In this document: one piece after another, positions 51,401 through 63,945 of the stretch | How positions within the stretch are numbered: the stretch's first letter is position 1 | Layout of the letters: every line of letters starts with the position of its first letter | From: Octopus bimaculoides | Taxonomy: Eukaryota | Assembly (NCBI RefSeq): GCF_001194135.2 | Contig: NC_068981.1 | Coordinates: 99,441,485 to 99,505,484 of the forward strand | DNA length: 64,000 nt | Direction of reading: 5' to 3' | Made by a program: the position numbers and the translations under genes | Notes under the pieces: generated by a model | Told to the model about the DNA's origin: nothing | Seen by the model: the letters and a program-made list of their open reading frames with translations, nothing else | Databases searched by the model: none

Positions 51401-54400
51401 CTGTACTCTTTCACCACAGCTTTCTCTCACTCTTACTTCCTGTTTCTGTTGTGCCTGTAATTCAAAGGGTCAGCCTTGTCACACTGTGTCACGCTGAATA
51501 TCCCTGAGAATTACGTTAAGGGTACACGTGTCTGTGGAGGGCTCAGCCACTTGCACGTTAATTTCATGAGCAGGCTGTTCCGTTGATCGGATCAACTGGA
51601 ACCCTCGACGTCGTAAGCGACGGAGTGCCAACAACAACAGTGATCATCATCCAGTTGGGCAGCTTGCTCAGACTAATGCAACTTTTCCATGCCAGATGTC
51701 CTGATCAAGCAATGCAGCATGGGTGTTTGACTTGGGTTTTAGTCACATTGGTCTTTTGCTAGCTGAAATGTCTCATCTGTGCATGCCATGACCACAGACG
51801 ATAGAATAGGTTACTAACTGAACTGGTTGATCATGGGCATTGACTGGTTGTATGTTCATCTGTTGAGCATCTGAGGATATTTGCCATTGATTCAATAAGT
51901 TCACAGGCTGAAATAGTTTGCATCCACAACGTTGCATCCTGTGATCTCAACATAATCTGAAAAATTGTAAAAGATCAGTAGTTGAAGTATATTCTGACTG
52001 TAAAGAAGAAGGCCAGTTTTTGTGATAGCGTCTATACTATGCACATTTTCATTCTTAACATTATATTATCCCTATCTGAGTTAAAATAGATGTTGCAGTA
52101 ATTTTCCTTACATCATATTCATAAATAGCACAAAGAAGTGAGGTCATCTGGAAAGAGCCACAGTAATAATGATACTAAGAGTGAGGAGTATAAATATGGT
52201 TGTGATGGAAATAATAATGGAGTTGATGATGATATGCTAACTATTTCTCTCTACCTGAAGTTAAAATCTTAATACAATATTATTATTTGATTTCACATAG
52301 AGCAGATGGTTAACTGATAAAGATGGTAGTTATAAAAAAAAAAGAAAAGGATGCTATCTTTCATTTCTCAAAAATTTCCAAAGCCATCTTATCTTTGAAG
52401 TAAAATATTTCAAACTTATGCTTGAGTTTCTTTTCTCTAATCAATTTCTATCATTTTGTTTTTCATTCTAGATCCGGTATGGGTGAACTAAAGAAATGTT
52501 TGAAAAATTCAAAATTGCTGTAAGTTTTACACATCTATCATTTTACTAATGTCAACCACTTAACAGTGTGTGCTGGGTGAAGGGTGTAGCTGATCATATG
52601 GACTTTATTTTATCGACTCTTGAAGAATGAAAGACAAAGTTGACCTGTATTAAAACATTTTTTATTGTATATAGGTGTATGAAAAACGTTTCAGTTCAGA
52701 AAAACCATAATTCAATATGATTTGTTGTGGGTTAACCAGTGTCTCAGCTAGAATTTGTGCATGATCCTTGCTTTTAGAATTTGTGCATGTTTGGATGGTC
52801 CTTGCTTTTGTGGCTTTCCTCCCTAAAACATATATAGGAAAGTTGGTTATACATCATTAGATGTATACCTGACTTTCCTATATAAAATTAGCGCTTTTAC
52901 ACTCCAGACCATCAACTTAAACATTTATTCAGGTGGTCAATATATGCATCTTTGGTTCTTGTTGTTACAGCTTCTGTGTGTGTGAGCATAGTTGTTGGGA
53001 CGTTGTTATGTAGATGTAAGCGAGCTGTCGAGTGTAAGTCCGAAAGATGGAGAGTGACAGCTAAACACGTAAAGAGACTGTCTCCAGAGTTGGAATGTTG
53101 GNNNNNNNNNNCTCCAGAGTTGGAATGTTGGAGACACTGCTTGACACGTCCATGCTCATGGCTGGCCGACCAAGAAAGAGATAGAATTAAGCGGGAAAGC
53201 TTGCTTGTTTAATTCCACGCATGCGTGAGACTACGCATGCGCACGGCGTTACTACAGGGTTCCACGCATGCGTGAGACTACGCATACGCACGGCGTTACT
53301 ACACATATATAAAAATGTACCAACCCTTCCTCCAAAATGGTACCTCATAGAGTCTGTCCTTCTCTCCTTTTAGCTATACTAGTGCGTTTAATGTTTTGGA
53401 AAAATCATGAGTAGCATGGAGTTTCTAGAGGGATGTGTTTCTAAAAGCAAGTGGTTAGATAAAGTCTTCAGTATGAGTTCTAGGAGAAGTAAGTAATTTG
53501 ATTGATAAATAATCAACAAATGTATAGCTGTTGTTTAACTCCAGATCAACCCTGATGAAGCATACCTATGAATCAAAGGCATTTAAGCTGTGACCACCCA
53601 ACTTGTTTAAGGATATGTCTAAGACTACATTTATCCAGTGTACCCTTTCTTTATTTAAGACACTACAACAATGATTTCCAATGCTTCTGTCACCTCATCA
53701 CCCTAGCTCTCTATGCTTAAGGTGCACAACACACAAAGTACACATTCTAAATAATCCTTTCTACTATAGGCAGAAGGCCTGAAATTTGGGGAAGAGGTAT
53801 AATCAATTATATTGTCACCAGTACTCTACTGGTACATATTTTATCGATCCTGAAAGGATGAAAGGCAGTCGACTTCTGTAGAATTTGTACTCAGAATGTG
53901 AAGATGGACAAAATACCACCAAGCATTTCATCCGATGTACTAACAATTCTGCTAGCTTTTGAATTTAAAACCTTGTGATACTCTTAATTATCACCTAGAA
54001 GATCCTGGTTAGAGGCCACTATGGCAGAGTATGATTTAAAGAATGTTTGGCTGCCATTTGCTGGGGATGAAACCACATAGAAGTTACTTCATTGGTTCAT
54101 TTATTGCAAAGCTAAAGGAGAAACAGAGATATTCACACACTGGGCTAGTAGGTTATAGTGTTGATGAGTAAATGTCTGTCAATTAGGGTCAAAAATCTGT
54201 TGTTACCATCCATATTTGCAGAATGTTATATTTACTGAAAGATCTACAAAACCCTTATTATTTCATTATTCTTTGTTGCTCTCATTATAGGGAACGTCAG
54301 ATACGTTTTAGGTGTGGTATTCAAAACACTGTCTTTGATGTATTACAAGCACGAGCAGGCTGGCAGGAAGTGGTAAGGTATGTTGATAGTTTTTACAATT

Positions 54401-57321
54401 TAATTTGTGTGTGGTGATATTAACACTTTTATTGTGTATAGAATTACTCTTGTTATGTAGTATATTCCTTTGGTAGTTGCCTAGTTTAACCCCACCGCCT
54501 GGCATTGTGAATGCCTTAAGTGGAGTTCACTCTGTTGCAAGCATTTGGATCAGGCTCCCTCTCATCAGTCTGTGAGGTCTTGTAGTGAGTCATGAATTCT
54601 GGCTTCCCTCCTGACTAAAAGAAAATAGAAAAATGCCAGCATGGAAGGCAGACATTAAACAATGATGATGATAATGTTATTCTGTTCCTTACCTTTATGG
54701 TTAGTCACATTATCAGCAACATCAGCATTAAGAACAACTACAACAACAACAACAATTGCAAAAAAACAATTCAATTTACTTAGTTTCTTCTACAGATTCA
54801 TCAACAAGGGACCGCTACAAGGTTGCTCAACTTGGTAAAAATAACAGCCAAATCTCCCATTAATCATTCTCTGCCGTTGTAATGGAAAGAAGGGTTGGAT
54901 AATACATGCAGTCCTAGATGCAGTATATTTGAATAATAAGTTGAATGTCCAAGGCTGCAATTTTCTTTATTGTAGATCTACCCTGCTTTCTCTGTTAACC
55001 TTCCTGTAATTCTACTGCATCTCTTATGTGTTGTGTCCCCAGCTTGCACTGGGTACACTGTATGGAATCTCTATTTACACCCTTTCTACATTTCAAACTT
55101 GAAGGAATTAGTGTCTGCTTGCTTTCTTACTTACTAGAACTTTGGTCTTTGATAACTTAACTTTAAAGACCCTTTCATTCTTGGTTTTGCTTCCCCACCT
55201 GGAATTTCTTTTCTAATTCTACTACATATTCAACTATAAGAACAATGTTATCAGCATAGAGGAGTTCCTATGGGTTCTTAGTTTTAAACTCCTCTGGAGG
55301 ACAATGATACACACACACACACGTGCGCATATATATGTATGTATATCTATGTTGTGGGTGTGTGTATATTGTAATATTGTAATATTGTAAATCGTGTTTT
55401 AACTTTTACAGTGAAGAAGACTGGGATTTCTTTTGGTGTGACCGAGAATTCTCAAAAGACAACTACACAGGATTGTACCTGCATGAACACCAGCGGATGC
55501 TTCATTTCAGAAACCATCATGAGGTAAGAAATCTCCATGTTATAAGAAATCTCCATGTTATAAGAAATCTCCATGTTGTAAGAAATCTCCATGTTGTAAG
55601 AAACCTGGGTACTTTTCAAGTGATACTGGTACCTGAAAGGACAAACCTGTATGTGTGGAAGACAGTAATTTTACTTAGCTTCACATCTCTTATCAAGTAC
55701 ATCAAATCGCCACATCTCCCAGTCCCTTGTTAGTTCCTCAATGAGGCCCAGTGTCCGAAAATCCTTTATCACCACTTCCCACCTTTCTCTCCACAATATA
55801 CAAAATGATATAGCTTGGTCATGGCTGGAACATCTTTGGTCATAGGGCTGCTCAAGGAGGATTGGCCTGGTGCTAAACAGTTAAAGCAATAAAAAAAAAG
55901 ACTTGTGGTAAGTAATATGATGGAGGTATGAAATCATCTTTATGCTGTGAAAGAATGCCAATGATTAGAAAAAAAAACTCCAGCATGTGTATTAACAACT
56001 GGAAATTGGCTTAGAATCTTCATAACTTTGATATTGTTGAACAGACAACAAGATACTACTCCATGGCATCACAACATCACAAACACTAAATGAAAACTTT
56101 AGAAACATTTATCACTATTTTATACTGAAATTTCCTTACAAAACCTCTTGCCAAGCAAATTAGACAGAAGTCAATGAGTGAGTCTCTACATGGTCTGGGC
56201 TTAGGCATAATAATATAATGTTCATCCATTGGTGTTGATGATGACCAAGGACATCACATGGGCGAAAAAGACAGGTAACAGTGCATCTGGCTGTGATCGA
56301 TCAGGCCAATGTGAGCTTGGAAGGTTCTTTTGCAGGTCAGGTACTTAGTGGTCTGCTGGGAATGAAGGCCAGGATTTGCCTCTGGACTTGCGCAGCACAT
56401 GTTTTCTTTGCACTCCTGCATGGTTTGGGCTTAGGCACAACTGTGTGGTTAACATGTTTACTTCAAAACCATGAACTCTTGAGTTCAATCTCACTGCATG
56501 TCATCTTGAACTTGTATTTTTACCATAACCTCAGGTCTTGTGAGTGAATTTGGAAAGATGGAAACTATGTAGAAGCCAAGTCAGATGGATTGTTCCTGTA
56601 ATCCAATGGTCTAGCTTTGTCACACAGTCTTACACAGATTCTGCTACGAACTACATTAAAGATACATATGTATGTGGAATACTCAGCCACTTTGAATTCT
56701 AATTTAATGAATAACAGCTCATTTAATTGAACAAATGGATGCTCATGCATCAAAAGCAATAGGGAAGTCCATCGTGTGGTTACTTGATCTGCAAGAATTA
56801 GCAGTCTAATATCCTTGAAATTAGAATTCACTTTTTTGAAAAAAGGAAAATACATATTATATAATGTAGTTATAGATATATTCCATTATCCAAAAGACAG
56901 GAAGGTCATAAATGGGATGCTTTTGATCATAGCTCAGCTTGATCAAGGATGGGCTTTGTGGTAAGTAGCTTGCTTACCAACCACATGGTTCCGGGTTCAG
57001 TCCCACTGCGTGGCACCTTGGGCAAGTGTCTTCTACTATAGCCTCGGGCCGACCAAAGCCTTGTGAGTGGATTTGGTAGACAGAAACTGAAAGAAGCCTG
57101 TCGTATATATGTATATATATATATGTGTGTGTGTTGTCCCCCCACCATCGCTTGACAACCGATGCTGGTGTGTTTATGTCTCTGTAACTTAGCAATTCGG
57201 CAAAAAGAGACCGATAGAATAAGTACTAGGCTTACAAAGAATAAGTCCTGGGGTCGATTTGCTCAACTAAAGGCAGTGCTCCAGCATGGCCGCAGTCAAA
57301 TGACTGAAACAAGTAAAAGAG

Positions 57322-57356
<35 letters not shown>

Positions 57357-59226
57357 GTAAATTTCCAAAATTGGTTAGTAGGGATATAAAATCCTAGTGG
57401 GCACCGTGTTCACTTTTACTAGTTAACAATGCTGACTAACCTCAGTGAATGTAAATGAACTCCAGTTAGTTTACTATACTTCATAAATCCTCAGTTTGGT
57501 AAATCCATGTCTCTATAGAGACTGCAAAGTATCAGTAGAGAAGAAATAATTAATAAAAATTAGGAGAACAGATTTACATATCCAGGTTTTATTATATAGT
57601 TAATCACATCTTTTAATGTCAGTACCCTACATATGTTTCTGCTGCAAGCCAGTTCACACTGCAAATTAAGCATTTTGGTATGCATTTTTGTTGTTAATTA
57701 CTGATACTGCTTCAGATACCATCTGAGCAGAGTTACTAGTCCAGCCAAAATTGTTTATACACATGGTGTTAGTTTACTAAAGATAGCCTAAATTTTGAAT
57801 TTTCAACCTGGTTGGTGAAAAGACAAGTCATTTGCTCTCTGAAATTAGGTCAATTACTTGCTAATGTATTTAAGTTCATATACCTATTCTTGTCATTCCA
57901 TCAGTGTAAATATATGTATAAAGAGTGAATGTATGATACTAATTATGAATATTCTAGGACAAAACAAAAACATCATGTCATGCCTTGAAGACTTTGTTGG
58001 TTTTTGGAATTCACATCTATAGTAGATACACAACTACACACACAAAGCTTTAAGACATTTCTGTTAATGCTCATTTATCAAATCATTGCATGTAAGAAAT
58101 TCAATGTAAATATTGTCAGTTGTGGTTTCAATCATCATCGTAGGTGTCCTTTGATTGTGAAAGACTTTGGAGTTGTACCATTGGGTTTATTTTAGGATAG
58201 AGACAAGGAGCAAGATAATATGCAGGCATGGCTGAATGGTTAAGATACTTGTTTCAAAATCATGAGATTCCAGGCTCAATCACACCACATAGCATCTTGG
58301 ACAAGTGTCTTCTGCCATAGCTTCAGGTCAGTCTAAGCTTTGTGAGTGAAACTGGGTAAACAGAAATAAATGGAAGCACATCAGATGACTATATCAATAA
58401 TTCATACAAACAGTGTTATGCTAATTCTGCTTGAAGGTTACATTAAAGAAATGATTGTCTGTGGAATGTTTGTCCATTTACACTATAATACAATAAATAA
58501 CTAATTCCCATGATGAAACAATTGCAATATTCATCAACGGAACCAGCAGAAGTTCCATTTATATTTACTTCATTACCAACATATGCCCACAAACAGCTTG
58601 CTAAGAAATAAAAGAACAATATTTCATAAGGGTTACATTATGAGAGAACCTCTATGTTGAAACTGTATACCTTTTTTCTGTTTCCATTCAGTCTCTCAAG
58701 CTTCTGCCAAAGTTATCAGTAGAGAGATAGACAGAAGAACTGTAGAAATATAGAAGTGGGAGAATAAATATACTTACAGCATAGCATTTATTTTTTATTT
58801 TTTCATAGTAGAAAGAATTAATATGGCATAAGTGTACTGAAGCATTCTTTGTGTTTTTTCTTTTGCAACACACATGCATACAGATGCATTCACACATACA
58901 CGCACACACATCTGCTTATATAATTAACGATGTGTCTCCTCTCCCCCTGTTTGTTTGTCTCTGTAACAAGTGCAACAAATCAGTTAGGTACAATGATACT
59001 TTCACTATATCTGTTTTCTATCAAAGTACTGGCAATTTGTAAAGTTAGCTGTGTCCATGTATAAATTGCATGTGTATGTGTGTGTGTATGTTTAATATCA
59101 TTTTTAAAATAATAAATATATATGTATATATAGATGTGTGCGTATATACATATCTGTAGTATATATATATATATAGACAGTCTAAATTCAAACTGGTGTT
59201 CTAACAGCCTAGTCATATTCAGTGAC

Positions 59227-59261
<35 letters not shown>

Positions 59262-60480
59262 CATGAGGGGAAGTATTATCCACACTTTCACCAACCATAA
59301 CATATCTTTATTATTGTCACACTGCCTTCTGCACATGCATGCTTATAGTTAGTACTATTGTGTCATGTGATCGAAGTTTGAGCCTGATCACACCATTTTT
59401 ATTTCTGGCTTTGCTGTGTAAGCATGGCTGATCCACTAGCAATGTGCACCAAAGAAGAAAAGAGCAGTGATTTGATTTCTCTGGCCAGAAGGTGTGTCAG
59501 GTGCTGAAATTCATTGGAGGCTTTTAGTACAATACAGGTATGCCTGTCAGCTTCCACCACTGACAAGAAAATTCAGTAAGCTCAAAAGATGGAATGGTGA
59601 ACTGGCGAGTTATCATCAATGAGGTAGCTTGTTCTCTACAGATCAGTCATGGTTCTGCCTATCAAATCATCCATGATGAGCTTGGCTTCCATAAAGTTTG
59701 TGCAAGATGGGTGCCAAGAGAGCTTCCTGCAGAGCACAAGTGCAACCATCTTGAGGTCTGCCAATATTTACTCAACCATTACAACAATGAGGGCAAGGAT
59801 CTTTTGAACAGAATAGTCACAGGAGATGAAACATGGGTCCATCATTATGAGACAGAAACTAAAAGACAGAGTATGAAGTGGAAATATCCTGGCTCGCCTG
59901 CGATGAAGAAATTCAAGACTCAATCTTCCATAGGAAAGGTGATGCTAACCCTTTTTTGGGACTCAAAAGGGCCTATAATGGAAGACTACCTGGAAAAGGG
60001 GTGTACGATCAATAGTGCAAGATACAGTGCTTTGCTGGCCAACAAACTGAAGAGCAGCAATTCACACCAAATGCCAAAGCCTATTGTCAAAGAAAGTTTT
60101 GTTGTTGCATGACAATGCAGACCCACACATTGCTGCCCAGACCGTTGAAACCATTAACCAATTGGGTTTTGAGGTGCTGGAACACCCTGCCTACAGCCCA
60201 GATCTCGCCCCTTCCAACTATCATATTTTGGACTGCTCAAAGATGGTTTATGAAGTTGGCAATTTCCTGCAGATGAGGTTGTGAAGGAAGTGGTGCATAA
60301 ATGGTTGCACAACCATCCGTAAACCTTCTTCATGGAGGAAATATGCAAGCTTGTGGACTGCTGGAACAAGTGCATTGAAAAGGAAGGAGACTATATAGAA
60401 AAATGACATACTTGTTTATCCCTTGCTTTTGTGTAAATACATTGAAAAAACAAGAGTGTTTATAATTTTTGACTCTCCCT

Positions 60481-60522
<42 letters not shown>

Positions 60523-60570
60523 TACATACATACACACACATACATATAAAACTGTATGTATATATTTTTT

Positions 60571-60605
<35 letters not shown>

Positions 60606-61657
60606 AATATATATACATATATATCATAATCATCATTATCATTCAATGTCCGTTTTCCGTGTTGGCATGAGTTGGACGGTTTGACAGGAGCTGGTCAGCC
60701 AGGGAGCTGTCTAGAATCCAATTGTCTGTTATGGCATAGTTTCTACAGCTGGATGCCCTTCCTATTGCCACTTTACAAACTGTGCTAGGTGCTTTTTATG
60801 TGTCACTGGCATGGGTGCCTTTATGCAGTACTTGCACAAGTGCATTTTATGTGGCACCAGCATCTGTAAAGGACAAACCTGTATGTATGGCTGGCATCAA
60901 TTTTACTTAGTACTGCAAATCACCACAACTCCCAGCTCCTTGTCATTTCTGCAGTGAGGCCTACTATCCGAAGATCCTTTCTCACTACTTTATCCCACAT
61001 CTTCTTGGGTCTACCCCTTCCACATGTTCCCTCTCCATAGTTAGAGCTTGGCACTTCTTTATGCAGCTGTCCTCATCCATACACATAACATGACAAAAAC
61101 CAGCAGTCTTCTCTCCTGCACACAACATCTGATGCCTCTTACACCCAGTTTTCCTCTTAAATCATTTACACTCTGTTGTGTGTGCACACTGACATTACCC
61201 ACCCAATGGAGCATGCTAGCTTCATTTCTTTCAAGCCTTTGAAAGCCCTCTGTAGTCAAAGCCCATGTTTCACTGCCATGTAGCATAGCTGTATGTATAC
61301 AGGCATCATACAATCTGCCTTTCACTCTGAGGGAGAGGTCTTTAGTTACCAACAAAGGTAGAAGCTTTCTGAACTTTGCCCAGCCCCTTCTTATTCTAGC
61401 AACTACACTTTCAGAATTTCCTCCTCCACTGCTAACTTGGTCACCTAGGTAACAAAAGTTATCTGCTACTACTAACGATCCTCCTGAGCATTTGAGGGAG
61501 TCTATTGCCTATGCATTTTTAGTGATTATTGTACCCAAACATTTTCCACACAGACTATTTTCTCCATTAACCTTCTTGTGATACCACTGCATCTCTCATG
61601 CACCCAAAGCTTGCACTGGGTACAATGTATGGAGTTTCTACCAACACACCTATCTCC

Positions 61658-61725
<68 letters not shown>

Positions 61726-62196
61726 NNNNNNNNNNNNNNNNNNNNNNNNNNNNNNNNNNNNNNNNNNNNNNNNNNNNNNNNNNNNNNNNNNNNNNNNNNN
61801 NNNNNNNNNNNNNNNNNNNNNNNNNNNNNNNNNNNNNNNNNNNNNNNNNNNNNNNNNNNNNNNNNNNNNNNNNNNNNNNNNNNNNNNNNNNNNNNNNNNN
61901 NNNNNNNNNNNNNNNNNNNNNNNNNNNNNNNNNNNNNNNNNNNNNNNNNNNNNNNNNNNNNNNNNNNNNNNNNNNNNNNNNNNNNNNNNNNNNNNNNNNN
62001 NNNNNNNNNNNNNNATATATATATATATATATATATATTGTAGTATTTATCAAATCATAAATAGAAACAAGTATTTTATCCTATTATAAACTATTTTTTA
62101 CCATATTCAGCTTACAAGAAAAAATCTGATGGTGAAAAATCTAAAGCGTTTGAAACGACAAGTTGAGAGAGATCATGGGAAAGCTGAAGGTCAATT
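48419..62196 (+). CDS. TTLL9: Tubulin polyglutamylase TTLL9, 5' part; gene continues beyond the window
   Basis: join(48419-48429?, 52472-52519, 54291-54377, 55412-55523, 62111-62196), phases 2/2/2/0/2 compatible. Peptide ERQIRFRCGIQNTVFDVLQARAGWQEVVSEEDWDFFWCD...[34 protein letters not shown] parallels human TTLL9 IRFKT...[24 protein letters not shown]...[27 protein letters not shown] as recalled. Confidence 0.9.
49360..49706. repeat. Imperfect long inverted repeat (foldback), arms about 70 bp
   Basis: Left arm GGCATAACTATAGTT...TTTAAAATGTATATTTTTAAA; reverse complement of right arm GGCACAACTACAGTT...TTTAAAATGTGTATTTTTAAA; no TSD found. Confidence 0.6.
49885..50092 (-). mobile_element. SINE family A, young copy
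   Basis: Nearly identical to 12715-12905. Confidence 0.85.
50641..51309. other. Assembly gap (669 N)
   Basis: N run preceded by a TG/TATG microsatellite. Confidence 0.99.
51310..51639 (+). mobile_element. tRNA-derived SINE, (AAC)n-tail family; head lost in the gap
   Basis: Highly similar to 17871-18251. Confidence 0.88.
52472..52519 (+). CDS. TTLL9: TTLL9 exon (SGMGELKKCLKNSKL-L)
   Basis: TTTTCATTCTAG acceptor, GTAAGT donor, phase-2 end matches 54291. Confidence 0.7.
52862..53303 (-). mobile_element. Possible solo LTR with a 47-bp tandem duplication at its 5' end
   Basis: Minus strand starts TGTAGTAAC, contains AATAAA, ends TATACA; CpG-rich in a CpG-poor intron; no TSD confirmed; 10-N gap at 53102-53111. 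Confidence 0.4.
53770..53955 (-). mobile_element. SINE family A
   Basis: TTTTATCGATCCTGAAAGGATGAAAGGC core. Confidence 0.7.
54291..54377 (+). CDS. TTLL9: TTLL9 exon (ERQIRFR...WQEVV)
   Basis: CTCTCATTATAG acceptor, GTATGT donor. Confidence 0.9.
55412..55523 (+). CDS. TTLL9: TTLL9 exon (EEDWDFFWCD...HFRNHHE), 112 nt
   Basis: TTTTACAG acceptor, GAG then GTAAGA donor. Confidence 0.93.
55524..55603 (+). repeat. 18-bp tandem repeat, about 4.4 units (RTAAGAAATCTCCATGTT), starting at the splice donor
   Basis: Units start at 55524, 55542, 55560, 55578; partial at 55596. Confidence 0.95.
55630..55790 (-). mobile_element. RTE LINE fragment
   Basis: Shares AAGGACAAACCTGTATGT...GAGGCC...CCGAA.ATCCTTT with 60870-61010. 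Confidence 0.65.
56957..57323 (+). mobile_element. SINE family D (CORE/OR-like), near full length
   Basis: GTGGTAAG...GGGTTCAGTCCC head, GCACCTTGGGCAAGT core, internal (TA)/(TG) tract. Confidence 0.85.
58225..58380 (+). mobile_element. SINE family D fragment
   Basis: Decayed head with CATCTTGGACAAGTGTCTTCT. Confidence 0.6.
59263..60482 (+). mobile_element. mariner DNA transposon, degenerate
   Basis: WVPREL, IVTGDETWVHHY, HDNA, HPAYSPDLAPSNY (third catalytic D read as N), frameshifts; decayed TIRs; TA-repeat flanks. Confidence 0.92.
60622..61660 (-). mobile_element. RTE-clade LINE 3' part
   Basis: NSIHCTQCKLWVHERCSG, FCYLGDQV, KGRLYDAC..MLHGSETW, then the (GAT)n-type tail shared with 8195, 8575 and 22780. 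Confidence 0.85.
61726..62014. other. Assembly gap between (CA)n and (TA)n microsatellites
   Basis: N run. Confidence 0.98.
62111..62196 (+). CDS. TTLL9: TTLL9 exon ([28 protein letters not shown]), 86 nt
   Basis: ATATTCAG acceptor, GTAAGT donor, phase 0/2. Confidence 0.93.
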
Positions 62197-62550
62197 GTAA
62201 GTTGTTCTAAAATACGTGTTTGTTGGTTTAGTTAAATTAAATGTTCCTCAACACCATGTTACTGTAAGGTGATGAAGGGGCTTCTATGTAGTCATTCAAC
62301 CCACTGAAAGTAGCAACCAAATCTCATCCTAAATTGCATATTACCATATTTAACAAAAGATGTAATAACTCATGGCTGAGGTGCCTTCAATCATAGATCT
62401 GCTTGTTAGCATTGACCTAAGGTTACCAACCACCACAGAATTATTCTCAATTCTTCTGAACTAATACTTCTCTCAGCTACTGTGTTGGTTTTTGCAGTTC
62501 TTACTGTCACCTCTATTTACTACTTCATTCGTCTTTGCTCTTTTGGAATG

Positions 62551-62765
62551 TATGATAAGAAGCTTGCTTCCCAACCACATGGTTCTGGGTTCAGTCCCAC
62601 TGCATGACAACTCGGGCAAGTATCTTCTATAGCCTTTGGCTGACCAAATCCTTGTGGGTGGATTTAGTAGACAGAAACGGAAAGAAGTCCATCATATATA
62701 TATATATATATATATATGTGTGTCTATATGTGTGTTTTTGTGTCTGTGTTTGTTCTCCCACCATT
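62551..62765 (+). mobile_element. SINE family D
   Basis: Similar to 56957-57170. Confidence 0.75.
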
Positions 62766-63825
62766 AGCATATTAAGGCTTGCCTATTAGCATATTAGGCT
62801 ATTAGTATATTAGGGCTTGCCTACCTATTCATGTGAAGACTGGATCCAGCAGAAACCTTCATGGATCATCAAACAAGAAAGTGACTGTACAATGTCTTGT
62901 GGAGTGCAGGGAGCAAGATGAGGCTAGTAGTGGTTTTCTTTGGTGTGTAAAAGCACATCATAACTATCACCTATTGGCTTTTAGTGACATCTGTGCCTGA
63001 TTTGGATCTTTATTTCTATGTATATGGCTAGTGCAGCAGTTACTGCTATTTCCAGCCGCAAGATGTCTATCATTGACAAGCTTCGAAGAGGCCAGAATTA
63101 TGTGATCTAGTAGTCCTGGCAGTGGAAGTAGCAGTAATTGCCTGCTGCTGGTGATAGCCATGATGTACTTTTATGCACCAAAGAAAAACAACGATCAATG
63201 ATTTTCTTTTGGTAAATATAGCTAAGTAAAGGATCATCCTAAAGAATTCTCTTCATCTGGGTACCTACCTTAATTATAATAAAAGTGAGGTTTTCTGTAC
63301 CTACCACATTAGGTAGGTACACATGAGCCCACATTTGTTCTTGCATACTGGCTGACCACAATATAGACATAAGTATTGAAGTACATCCCACTCAGTTTTT
63401 TCCTGTCATGGAAATTTGAAGGAATAATATAAGAGTTAAAATTAACCTTCCCCAATCATTTCCCATCCTCACTTTCCTACATTTTCATTTCACCCCACCC
63501 TTATGTTGATCATAACGCCACCCTACAAACAAATATCTAATTAACATAAGCTTTATTTTTAATCTCCCAATCCAAGGGGAATAACTCCAATAAATTAAGA
63601 AAACTTTTTTCTTCCCGGGTTTTTGACCTGGACGATTTTGCTCTGATTTTTACAATCGCCATAAAACCAGCAAACCAGATGTGACACTTTCAGACCTCTA
63701 ATGATTAGAATACCACACCATTCTATTCCTTACAGCCTTTTCTGATGATTGTTAAGACTCTTGAAATGGAACCAATTGGTAAAGTGGCTGATATGAGAAT
63801 ATAATATTCTATTAAATGTGTGTGT

Positions 63826-63945
63826 GTGTTTGTGTGGTATATACATATATTCTTATACATATGTATATACACGTATATATGCTATATGTACATATATATG
63901 TTTATATATATATGTGTGGATATATATATATATATATATACACAC

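Noticed and set aside
50484-51430. Long ORFs of 239-290 aa; also 61526-62089
   Set aside because: Artefacts of translating N runs and microsatellites.
55524-55603. CRISPR-like array
   Set aside because: Contiguous units without spacers, in a eukaryotic intron.
62762-62822. Short imperfect tandem repeats (TATTAGCATATTA...); also 52748-52810
   Set aside because: Ordinary slippage duplications with no further structure.
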